64,000 nucleotides of DNA. It comes from Parvularculaceae bacterium. GTDB taxonomy: Bacteria; Pseudomonadota; Alphaproteobacteria; Caulobacterales; Parvularculaceae. This document shows, piece by piece, positions 42,034 through 50,083 of this stretch. A program made the position numbers and the translations under genes. Each line of letters opens with the position of its first letter. Position 1 is the first letter of the stretch. The DNA is taken from contig JAJFFW010000041.1 of the NCBI GenBank assembly GCA_021776435.1, positions 6,351 through 70,350 of the forward strand. Reading direction: 5' to 3'. The notes below the pieces were generated by a model that was not told the DNA's origin, did no database searches, and saw only the letters and a program-made list of their open reading frames with translations.

Positions 42034-43484
42034 GCGATATCGATGTTCTCGTTATCGGCGGCGGCATCTCCGGCCTCGCCACGGCATGGCGCCTTGCACG
42101 CCGGGGAATATCCGTAGAAGTCTGGGATCGCGAGAAACGGCCGGGCGGCAAAATCTCAAGCGCTCGTCAGGACGGTTATGTCACCGAGCGGGCGGCCTCC
42201 ATGGTGATGAATTTCCGGCCAGAGATAACGCACTTTCTTGGCGAGTCGGGTGTCGATATTCATAAAGTGCGCTGTACACCAACGAAAAAACGTTATCTCG
42301 TCAACGCCGGCAGACTTGGGGCAATCCCGAACACGATCGGCGCCGCCCTCATGCGCGCCCCTTTTAGTCGACGAGGGCGCGCGCGGCTAATGCTCGAACC
42401 ATTCATCCCTAAGGGCGGCCATGAGAGCGAGACTGTCAGCGCCTTCGTTCGCCGGCGTTTCGGGAACGAACTTTTGGAAGGTGCGATGGATTCGTTCGTA
42501 GCCGGAACGCTTGCCTCTGATCCGGACCATGCCTGCGCTCGGGCTGTGCTTCCGCGCCTGACGGCGCTCGAAAATCGCTACGGCAGTATAGCGCTTGGCG
42601 TCATTGCGAAAAAACTTTTGCGGCGTCGCTCGGCGATGCCCAACGAGGCCTTCTCTTTCGCTGGAGGAATGGGCACACTGGTTGAGTCTTTGGCGGCGAT
42701 TCCCGGCGTCGGTTTCCGGCCAGGTAGAACCGTTACGAAGCTGATTCGTGAGCAAAATGGCTGGCGGGTCGAAGCCAGCTCTTCGGATGGTGATATCGCA
42801 TTCAGTGCACGAACTGTCGTTTTATGCACGCCGGCCAAAGTCGCGGCGCGATTAGTCGGGTCCGTCGATGCGGACCTGCAAGGAATGTTGGCCGGCATCG
42901 ATTATGCGCCGCTCTCCGTTGTTCATTTAGGGTTTTCCAAATCGGACATTCGTCATCCGCTTGATGGCGCCGGTTTTTTGGCGCCGCGAAGGGAAGGGTT
43001 GGCCATCAACGGCTGTCTCTGGCCGAGTTCGCTGTTTTCTGGTCGCGCGCCCGCGGGTAGAGTATTGTTGAGTTGTTATCTCGGGGGCGCGCGAAACCCA
43101 GCGGCGGCGTCCTGGGACGATCGTAGGAGTATCGACGCAGTTCTGTCTTCTATCGTCCCCTTGCTCGACATCCGCGGAACCTCTGAAACGGTTCGCATCG
43201 ACCGCCATCGGGAAGCTCTGCCCCTCTATCACGGCCGTTACCTCGCTCATATGCGGGACATTGATCGACGGCTGGCGGATCATCCGGGTCTCCACCTTGA
43301 GGCCAATTACAAAGGAGGCGTCTCTGTCCGGGATCGCATCCTATGCGCCTACAAGGCTGCGGACCGAATTGAGGCCGATCTCGGAACGTCGGCGAAAAGC
43401 ACATGTTATCGTTTGGCGCCGGGTGACAGTCGATATTCAACATTCACCGGCAGTGCACATGCTGTATTTATGGATGGAGCTTGA
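42030..43484 (+). CDS. FAD-dependent protoporphyrinogen/coproporphyrinogen oxidase-like (HemY/CgoX family)
   Basis: 'IDVLVIGGGISGLATAWRL' dinucleotide fold, 'GGKISS...DGYVTERAA', C-terminal 'EALPLYHGRY...HPGLHLEANYKGGVSVRDRI'. ATGA overlap with the radical SAM gene. Confidence 0.7.
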   Translation: MSDIDVLVIGGGISGLATAWRLARRGISVEVWDREKRPGGKISSARQDGYVTERAASMVMNFRPEITHFLGESGVDIHKVRCTPTKKRYLVNAGRLGAIPNTIGAALMRAPFSRRGRARLMLEPFIPKGGHESETVSAFVRRRFGNELLEGAMDSFVAGTLASDPDHACARAVLPRLTALENRYGSIALGVIAKKLLRRRSAMPNEAFSFAGGMGTLVESLAAIPGVGFRPGRTVTKLIREQNGWRVEASSSDGDIAFSARTVVLCTPAKVAARLVGSVDADLQGMLAGIDYAPLSVVHLGFSKSDIRHPLDGAGFLAPRREGLAINGCLWPSSLFSGRAPAGRVLLSCYLGGARNPAAASWDDRRSIDAVLSSIVPLLDIRGTSETVRIDRHREALPLYHGRYLAHMRDIDRRLADHPGLHLEANYKGGVSVRDRILCAYKAADRIEADLGTSAKSTCYRLAPGDSRYSTFTGSAHAVFMDGA

Positions 43485-43491
43485 GGCTATC

Positions 43492-43836
43492 ATGTCGGAA
43501 GCTGGACCCGATAGAGTGCAAGAAGATTACTCACCGTCTGTGCGATTTAAGCCGTTACGGGTGATTATCGCTGTATTGGCCGCTACGCTTGCGGTGTCTG
43601 CTTACGCGAACTGGTATTCAGAGGAGGTATCGCTGCCGCGATATTGCGAGGATCCGGAGCAAAGCCTTCGCCTCTTGGAGAGCGTTATGACACAAGAACG
43701 CCCAGCGGGTGAGGAGAGTCGGCGACCTTATTTGATCGCCGCGAAACTTTTGTATCTGATCCCGCAAGAGGAGAGTGAATCTCTTTCCGCCTATCAAGCA
43801 CGCCTCCGTCAAGAACTGGTCAGCCGATGCCAATGA
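43492..43836 (+). CDS. 114-aa membrane-anchored hypothetical protein
   Basis: 'MSEAGPDRV...LRVIIAVLAATLAVSAYANWY'. Its 3' end overlaps the kinase gene start by 10 nt (43827-43836). The longer ORF-track version overlaps the upstream gene. Confidence 0.45.
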   Translation: MSEAGPDRVQEDYSPSVRFKPLRVIIAVLAATLAVSAYANWYSEEVSLPRYCEDPEQSLRLLESVMTQERPAGEESRRPYLIAAKLLYLIPQEESESLSAYQARLRQELVSRCQ

Positions 43837-45677
43837 ACCCTATGAGCGACGCCAATAAAGAGTCCCCTTGGGCGAATGTGACCATGTTCGCCATGATCAT
43901 CGGGATCGCGGTGATGATGCTTATGGGCGGGATGGCGGCGCATCTTTGGTGGACCGCTGGTGCGGCGACGCCTTCTGGTGACAGACCCGATGCCTTATTC
44001 AACGCCCTCAAACGGTTCGCCCCATTTTACGGCTTTACATTGATCTTGGTAGTAGCGCTGTCCGGTATGCTGGCGCATGCGATAGTCAAATGCTCTGAGG
44101 CGGAAAGCCGTATTGCCTTTGAGCGTCGCTTCCGAGAAACCCTCGGCGGCATCGGGTTGATGACCTTGGGCCTGGATGCGCAGGGCAAGATCACCGATTG
44201 CAACGACGTTTTTCTCCGTCTCGTCGGCCAAGGCATGAATGAGGTCTTCGGGTGCGACTGGATCGAATCCTTCGTCCCTGCCGTTGAACAACTCGAAACC
44301 AAGGCGGCGTTCTTGAAGGCGGCGTCGGGGCCGGCCCCGCATAAACATTATCAGTGCAAGATCGAGACCCGGTTGGGTCGCGAGCACATTATCTCCTGGG
44401 GCGTTTGGTCATTGCACGATCCGCTGAAAAAAACGGTCGGCTACACCTGTATCGGTCAGGATATTACAGAAGCCGACGAAATGAAGGAGCAATTGCGCAA
44501 GCTTTCCCACGCAGTAGAGCAAAGCCCGAGTGTGGTGATGATCGTCAATCTCGAGCAAAAGATCGAATATGTGAACCCCAAATTCACAGAGGCGACCGGT
44601 TACACTCTCGAGGAAATGCGCGGGAAGAACCCCCGTGTCCTGAAATCTGGGGAAACCAGCGCCGACGAATACAAGAATCTTTGGTCCACCGTCAAAGCAG
44701 GCGGTGAATGGCGCGGAGTGTTTCACAATCGTAAAAAGAGCGGCGAGTTGTTTTGGGAATCGGCGGTGATCTCGGCGCTGCGCGATGCTGACGGAGAAAT
44801 CACCCACTTTATTGCTGTCAAGGAAGACATCACGGAACGTGTGCGGCTGGAACACGAAGTTGCCGAGCGCAATCGCGAAATAGCCAAAAACCAGACCATG
44901 GCGGCAATCGGAAAAGTTGCGACGATGCTGGCGCACGACCTGCGTAATCCCTTGTCGTCGGTCAAGATGGGGTTGCAAATGTTATCCAAGAAACCGTCGC
45001 CCGAATGGGGCGAGGCCGAACAGGAACTACAGCAAATTGCGCTCCAGCAACTTCAATATACTGAGGAAATTTTGCAAAACCTGTTGAGTTATTCCCGTCC
45101 CGACGCCCTTCGGCTGGAGTGGCTCAACATCGGCAAGCTTCTCGACGTCGCCGTCTTCATCGCACATCGCGAGGTCGATGGACGTCTGGTCAAGATCACC
45201 ACCTGTCATCAGCACGGATTGCCGACGCTTTACGGAGACCCCGGAAAATTGAAACAAATGTTTTCGAACATCATCAACAATGCGGTCGAGGCGACCAAAG
45301 ATGTTGTCGGGCGCAAGCCGGAAGTCTTGATTTCGACCAATGTTGAGGTGATCGACGATGCGCCATGGATATTGGTGGAGATCAGCGATAATGGTGTCGG
45401 CATCGAATCGGGGACAAGTGACCAGCTGTTCGAGCCGTTCTTCACGACGCGGGCGAAGGGCACTGGCCTTGGCCTCGCAATTGTCAAACGCATCGTCGAT
45501 CAGCACCGCGGCTCTGTGCGTATGCAACGCGGATCACAATGTGGCACCGCAGTACGGATTCTGCTGCCGACGACCGCCGTTTTAGAAGACGTGGATCAGG
45601 GGTCCTCTGCGGTTGAACAATCGAGCCCTCCAATATTAGCGTCAATGGAATCGCATCATGATGGTGATATGTCATGA
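43827..45677 (+). CDS. PAS-domain sensor histidine kinase (NtrB/AtoS-like)
   Basis: Two N-terminal TM helices, two PAS domains, H-box 'LAHDLRNPLSS', N-box 'NIINNAVEA', G-boxes 'DNGVGI' and 'GTGLGLAIV'. Confidence 0.88.
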   Translation: MPMNPMSDANKESPWANVTMFAMIIGIAVMMLMGGMAAHLWWTAGAATPSGDRPDALFNALKRFAPFYGFTLILVVALSGMLAHAIVKCSEAESRIAFERRFRETLGGIGLMTLGLDAQGKITDCNDVFLRLVGQGMNEVFGCDWIESFVPAVEQLETKAAFLKAASGPAPHKHYQCKIETRLGREHIISWGVWSLHDPLKKTVGYTCIGQDITEADEMKEQLRKLSHAVEQSPSVVMIVNLEQKIEYVNPKFTEATGYTLEEMRGKNPRVLKSGETSADEYKNLWSTVKAGGEWRGVFHNRKKSGELFWESAVISALRDADGEITHFIAVKEDITERVRLEHEVAERNREIAKNQTMAAIGKVATMLAHDLRNPLSSVKMGLQMLSKKPSPEWGEAEQELQQIALQQLQYTEEILQNLLSYSRPDALRLEWLNIGKLLDVAVFIAHREVDGRLVKITTCHQHGLPTLYGDPGKLKQMFSNIINNAVEATKDVVGRKPEVLISTNVEVIDDAPWILVEISDNGVGIESGTSDQLFEPFFTTRAKGTGLGLAIVKRIVDQHRGSVRMQRGSQCGTAVRILLPTTAVLEDVDQGSSAVEQSSPPILASMESHHDGDMS

Positions 45678-47059
45678 GCAGGATACTGATCATTGACGAC
45701 GACCACGCGAGTTGCCGCACCTTGGAGCTCCATTTTCGAAGCCAAGGGCATGACATTCATCTCGCGCACAACATGGAGCAGGGTTTCGTAAAGATCGAAG
45801 GTACTAAGCCGGAACTCATCATCCTCGATATCCGAATGCCTGGGATGGACGGCCTGGAAGGATTGCCGCATATCAATGAAATGGCGCCCGACACGCCGGT
45901 TATTATGATTACGGCCTTTCATGACATGGAAAGCACGATCCAGGCGATGAAGCGGGGCGCCTGCGATTACATACAAAAGCCGATTGATATAAACGAGCTC
46001 AACGCTGCTGTAAGCATGGCGTTGACTCGGTTGAAGCTATCGGACTCAGAGCTCGCCGCTGGTGAGGTCCGTGGAACTGTGTCCGCTTCTAGCAGCATGG
46101 TCGGTAGTAGCCGATCGATGAAGGAAATTTACAAGATCATCGGTGTGATCGCCCCAAAACCACTGACCGTTCTGATCGAAGGTGAAAGTGGGACGGGTAA
46201 GGAACTGGTGACGCGCGCGATTCATGACGCCAGCGCCAATGCATCGGGCCCATTCGTCGCCGTCAATTGCGCGGCGCTGGTCGAGACGTTGATCGAGTCC
46301 GATTTATTCGGGCACGAAAAGGGAGCGTTCACGGGCGCAGTGCGTCGCCAGCCCGGCAAGCTCGCCATGGCCAATAATGGAACCATCTTTCTTGATGAGG
46401 TTGGTGAGCTCTCCCCAAAAATTCAGGCGAAACTTCTACGTATTCTTCAGGAACGGGAATATGTTCCGGTCGGCGGGACACAGGTTTGTTATACCAACGC
46501 CCGGGTCGTCGCTGCGACCAATGTCGACCTGCTGGAACAAGTTCGTCTCGGTAAGTTTCGCGAGGACCTTTACTACCGACTTCAAGTTGTGACTATACGC
46601 CTCCCGCCCTTGCGCGAGCGAATAGAAGATATCCCTGAGCTTGTTCAAGCATTGCTTGTACGGGTTAATCAGGAATTGCGCTGTAAGGTCGGCGGTGTAT
46701 CAAACGGTGTGATCGATGCTTTCTATGCTCATCAATGGCCAGGAAATGTCCGTGAGCTGGAGAATGTGTTGATGAAGGCAGTCGCTCTTTGTTCTGGTGA
46801 AATTATCACCGAGGAGCTGATTCCCGAATATATGCGGCGGCGCGAACCGGTATCGAAAAGCCTCGGAAAACCCGTGGCCCAATTGTCGTTGAAGGAAGCG
46901 GATGTTCAACATGTCGCGCGGATATTGGAGTCGACCAACTGGCACCGAGGACGAGCCTGTGAGATCTTGGGAATCTCGCGCCCTCGCTTACGTCGGATAA
47001 TGGTCGAGGCGGGTCTAGATGTGCCCCCCCATGTCACCGCCGAAGATGACGACGCCTGA
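45674..47059 (+). CDS. sigma54-dependent response regulator (NtrC/AtoC family bEBP)
   Basis: REC ('ILIIDDD...LDIRMPGMDG'), AAA+ ('GESGTGKE', 'GAFTGA' sigma54-contact loop, 'FREDLYYRL'), C-terminal Fis-type HTH. ATGA overlap with the kinase gene. Confidence 0.9.
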   Translation: MSRILIIDDDHASCRTLELHFRSQGHDIHLAHNMEQGFVKIEGTKPELIILDIRMPGMDGLEGLPHINEMAPDTPVIMITAFHDMESTIQAMKRGACDYIQKPIDINELNAAVSMALTRLKLSDSELAAGEVRGTVSASSSMVGSSRSMKEIYKIIGVIAPKPLTVLIEGESGTGKELVTRAIHDASANASGPFVAVNCAALVETLIESDLFGHEKGAFTGAVRRQPGKLAMANNGTIFLDEVGELSPKIQAKLLRILQEREYVPVGGTQVCYTNARVVAATNVDLLEQVRLGKFREDLYYRLQVVTIRLPPLRERIEDIPELVQALLVRVNQELRCKVGGVSNGVIDAFYAHQWPGNVRELENVLMKAVALCSGEIITEELIPEYMRRREPVSKSLGKPVAQLSLKEADVQHVARILESTNWHRGRACEILGISRPRLRRIMVEAGLDVPPHVTAEDDDA

Positions 47060-47111
47060 AAAACGCAATCTTGGCGTTTTATGTATGCGAGTTTTTGTGT
47101 CAGTTGATTCT

Positions 47112-49592
47112 TTACGCGATGCCTTTATGTCGGGCTCCATGGTTCCAACGATACGTTGCTATGGTTTTTAACAGATAGTCGATATTCACAGGCTTGACGA
47201 TATAACCGTTGGCGCCGGCATTGAGATATTCTTCACGTGCGCCCTTCATTGCATTTGCAGTAAGAACAATAACCGGCACGTCTTTATACGCTTCTTTTGA
47301 TTGGCGGATGTGTCTTAACGCAACATCGCCGGACATCACCGGCATTTGAATATCCATCAACACAAGGTCGAAATGGTTTTTCTTTAATTGTTCGAGCGCC
47401 TGTTCGCCATTTTCGGCCATCGTCACCAGATATCCCTGCGGCTCAAGCGCCGCCTTCAAAACCATTCGGTTCACCAAGTTATCCTCGGCGACAAGGATGT
47501 TGCAGGGAGAAAAATCGCCATCGTCTTGATCCGGCGCCTCTGGCGCAACTGAATCCGACGTTGCTTTTGCCGCCGTTCGGCGTAAAGGAATTTCAAACCA
47601 GAAAGTCGATCCGCGTCCTGGCGTGCTGTCGACGCAAAGTTCGCCGCCGGCGAGCTGCACGATATCGCGCGATATCGCCAGGCCAAGTCCCGTGCCGCTG
47701 TGCTTGCGGGTTGAGGAGTTGTCGGTCTGGCTAAATCGATCGAAAATAACAGCGCATTGGTCCTGTGAAAGACCTGATCCGGTATCGCTAACACTAAAGC
47801 GCATGCGATCATCCTCAAACTGGCGGACCGAAATTTTAACGCCGCCATCATCGGTGAATTTGACCGCGTTTCCGGCGAGATTCGTCAAGACCTGACGCAG
47901 CCGGTTGATATCGCCAAGATATCGACCCGACAGGGACGCATCGATATCCGAGGACAGATTAATGTTCTTTTGCGCAGCGACGCCCGCAACCGTATCGATT
48001 GCCGATTGAACGAGCGCGGTAATTTCGAAAGGCTCTTCGTCGAGTTCAAAAAGCCCCGCTTCGATTTTTGAAAGATCCAGAACGTTATTAATTAGTGAAA
48101 GAAGCGCCGTTCCCGAGGACATAATCGTTTCGGCAAACTCCCGCTGCTTCTCGTCAAGATCGGTGTTCATGAGAAGCTGCGCCATACCGAGAACGCCATT
48201 GAGCGGCGTGCGGATTTCATGACTCGTATTGGCGAGAAACTGAGATTTTGCGTGATTGGCTTCCTCGGCCCGTTTCTGGCTTTCCACCAGATCGTTGATA
48301 TTGCTGATGCTTATCGCCATACGCTCAGCGACATCTTGTGCATTCCATAACGCCTGCCCGGTTGCGCAAAACCACTGATATTCACCGCTGATCAGACGCA
48401 TTCTGAGCCGCAGTTCGAACGGTTCTTTTTCTCTCAAATGCCGGTTAAGAGCGTGAAGCGTTTGATTGCGATCATCGGGGTGAATGCATTCGATCAAACC
48501 GTAAAGATTGTCCTCAAAGGCGTCTTGCGCATAACCCAGCAAATCTAAAAACTGTTCGGAGTATGTAATCGTTTCCTTTTGAATCTCCCAGTCGAGGAAT
48601 CCATCCGCCGTTGAGATCATAGCGAGTTCAAAACGGTCTCGTTCAGATTTGAGGTCATGCGTGCGGCTTTGAACGATACGTTCCACGACCCGGCGCCGGT
48701 ATATCTGGTAACCGACAAACCAGGAGAGCACGCCGAAGACTGTCAATGTCGCCAGTGCGGCGAGCCAGGCTTCGGCGGCGCTGAGTTTAACTTGATGAGT
48801 AGGCGTAATGAAAACATGCCAATCATTATTGGCGAAACGAAAATGATATGCGTACTGAAATGGCGCCAGCGTTTCGTCAAATCGTGACGAGGCGTCGTCG
48901 CGCGTTATCGAGACATCAAGATCCGCCGCCGCATTTATTCTCGACAGAGCTTTCAGTTTGAGCTCGGGCGAATAGGCAAGACCGATCACAACGCCGAGGA
49001 GCGGACGTGATGCCTGCTCGGTGCGATCACGCGCGCCGTGATCACGCACAGGGATCGCCGCCAAGATCGCGCCTGAAGCGGCGCCCAAGGCGCCGGTGTC
49101 GAGCACGCGCAGCGAATCAAATGCCGGGTCGGACGCCAGTCGCGCAAGCTCCTCCGCGTTGGTCGCGCGCCATAGGCGCTTCAATTCTTCAGCCTCGGCG
49201 GCGCCAGTGTGCGCAAACGCATAGTCAAGTGTAAATGCGCGCGCCTCTTGTGCAGGCTCGCCGCTGGCGATCGGCGCCCAGCCGGCGGCGCGAACCGTTG
49301 ACGTCCGGTCTGTGATCGCTTTTGCGAATAAATCAAACTCATCCGCGTCAACATATTGAGAACTGTCAAAGAGTGACAACACCGCCGTTAAGACGTTTTC
49401 GATACCGTTGAATTGAAATTCAACCGATAAGGCCGCATCGGCGGCGTCTCGAGCGAAATGTTCGCGCTCATAGGTTTCGAGCTTAATCTTTTGGACTGCA
49501 AAAAATTCGAATATTGAAAGCGTTAAACCAAAGATTAAAACCGTCGCGATTATGGCGCGATCTCTATAGCGGGAGAATGTGGTATTCGTCAC
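47112..49592 (-). CDS. hybrid sensor histidine kinase/response regulator with large periplasmic sensor domain
   Basis: 826 aa. TM, about 260-aa periplasmic (CHASE-like) region, TM, PAS, 'SHEIRTPLNGVLG' H-box, HATPase_c ('GTGLGLAISRDIV'), C-terminal REC ('LVLMDIQMPVMSG'). Confidence 0.88.
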   Translation of the reverse strand: MTNTTFSRYRDRAIIATVLIFGLTLSIFEFFAVQKIKLETYEREHFARDAADAALSVEFQFNGIENVLTAVLSLFDSSQYVDADEFDLFAKAITDRTSTVRAAGWAPIASGEPAQEARAFTLDYAFAHTGAAEAEELKRLWRATNAEELARLASDPAFDSLRVLDTGALGAASGAILAAIPVRDHGARDRTEQASRPLLGVVIGLAYSPELKLKALSRINAAADLDVSITRDDASSRFDETLAPFQYAYHFRFANNDWHVFITPTHQVKLSAAEAWLAALATLTVFGVLSWFVGYQIYRRRVVERIVQSRTHDLKSERDRFELAMISTADGFLDWEIQKETITYSEQFLDLLGYAQDAFEDNLYGLIECIHPDDRNQTLHALNRHLREKEPFELRLRMRLISGEYQWFCATGQALWNAQDVAERMAISISNINDLVESQKRAEEANHAKSQFLANTSHEIRTPLNGVLGMAQLLMNTDLDEKQREFAETIMSSGTALLSLINNVLDLSKIEAGLFELDEEPFEITALVQSAIDTVAGVAAQKNINLSSDIDASLSGRYLGDINRLRQVLTNLAGNAVKFTDDGGVKISVRQFEDDRMRFSVSDTGSGLSQDQCAVIFDRFSQTDNSSTRKHSGTGLGLAISRDIVQLAGGELCVDSTPGRGSTFWFEIPLRRTAAKATSDSVAPEAPDQDDGDFSPCNILVAEDNLVNRMVLKAALEPQGYLVTMAENGEQALEQLKKNHFDLVLMDIQMPVMSGDVALRHIRQSKEAYKDVPVIVLTANAMKGAREEYLNAGANGYIVKPVNIDYLLKTIATYRWNHGARHKGIA

Positions 49593-49878
49593 AGCACGAA
49601 CTCCAGTCCCAAAATTATAAACGTAGGAAATATTTAGACACCTTTAGTTTCCAATCTATTACTTTGGCCGTTGTCTTAATCGTTGGGAGAAATATTACGC
49701 CAATGCATAACGGGATTGCGGTAATGTCAGTTCACCCGTCTTATGGTCCGCCTCTACTGCGGGCTCTGTCTGGTCGTAGGTTGCCGTCAGACGAGTCGCC
49801 ACAAATCAACGCCAATCGGAAAGTTTAAACGCCCCAGAGAGGAAATTGTTGGAATTGATCTCGTTTAACCCTTGAAAA

Positions 49879-49911
49879 GAACAAAGAGTGAATATAGAAC
49901 AAACAAGGAAC
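49879..49911 (+). promoter_or_regulatory. tandem GAAC-N7-GAAC-type direct repeats (alphaproteobacterial LexA/SOS-box-like)
   Basis: GAACaaagagtGAATataGAACaaacaagGAAC. The distal pair, 49897-49911, is an exact GAAC-N7-GAAC. Overlaps a possible TTGAAA-N15-TATAGA promoter (49872-49898). Confidence 0.4.
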
Positions 49912-49935
49912 TAAATTTTTTGAAGGATCAAAAGG

Positions 49936-50031
49936 ATGAAAACGGAATCATTGCGTGATGTCATCGGACTCGGCGTACTTTTGATGCTAATCGGAGCCGC
50001 CGGGATATGGAGCACGTGTTTGGGGGCGTAA
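49936..50031 (+). CDS. possible 31-aa hydrophobic micro-protein
   Basis: My own translation: MKTESLRDVIGLGVLLMLIGAAGIWSTCLGA. AAGGA immediately upstream. 25 nt downstream of the SOS-box-like repeat. Confidence 0.25.
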   Translation: MKTESLRDVIGLGVLLMLIGAAGIWSTCLGA

Positions 50032-50083
50032 AACGGCCGGGCGCGGCGACTGGCGTTGCCGTATCAAAAGCGTTGAAAGAGTT

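Noticed and set aside
43261-43491. Long version (191 aa) of the ORF preceding the kinase.
   Set aside because: Its first 77 codons lie inside the HemY-like gene in another frame. The ATG at 43492, just after that gene's stop, gives a sensible anchored protein.
47024-47030. C7 homopolymer near the 3' end of the sigma54 activator gene, considered as a phase-variation tract.
   Set aside because: It simply encodes Pro-Pro in the last ~12 codons, after the HTH. A frameshift there would have little consequence.
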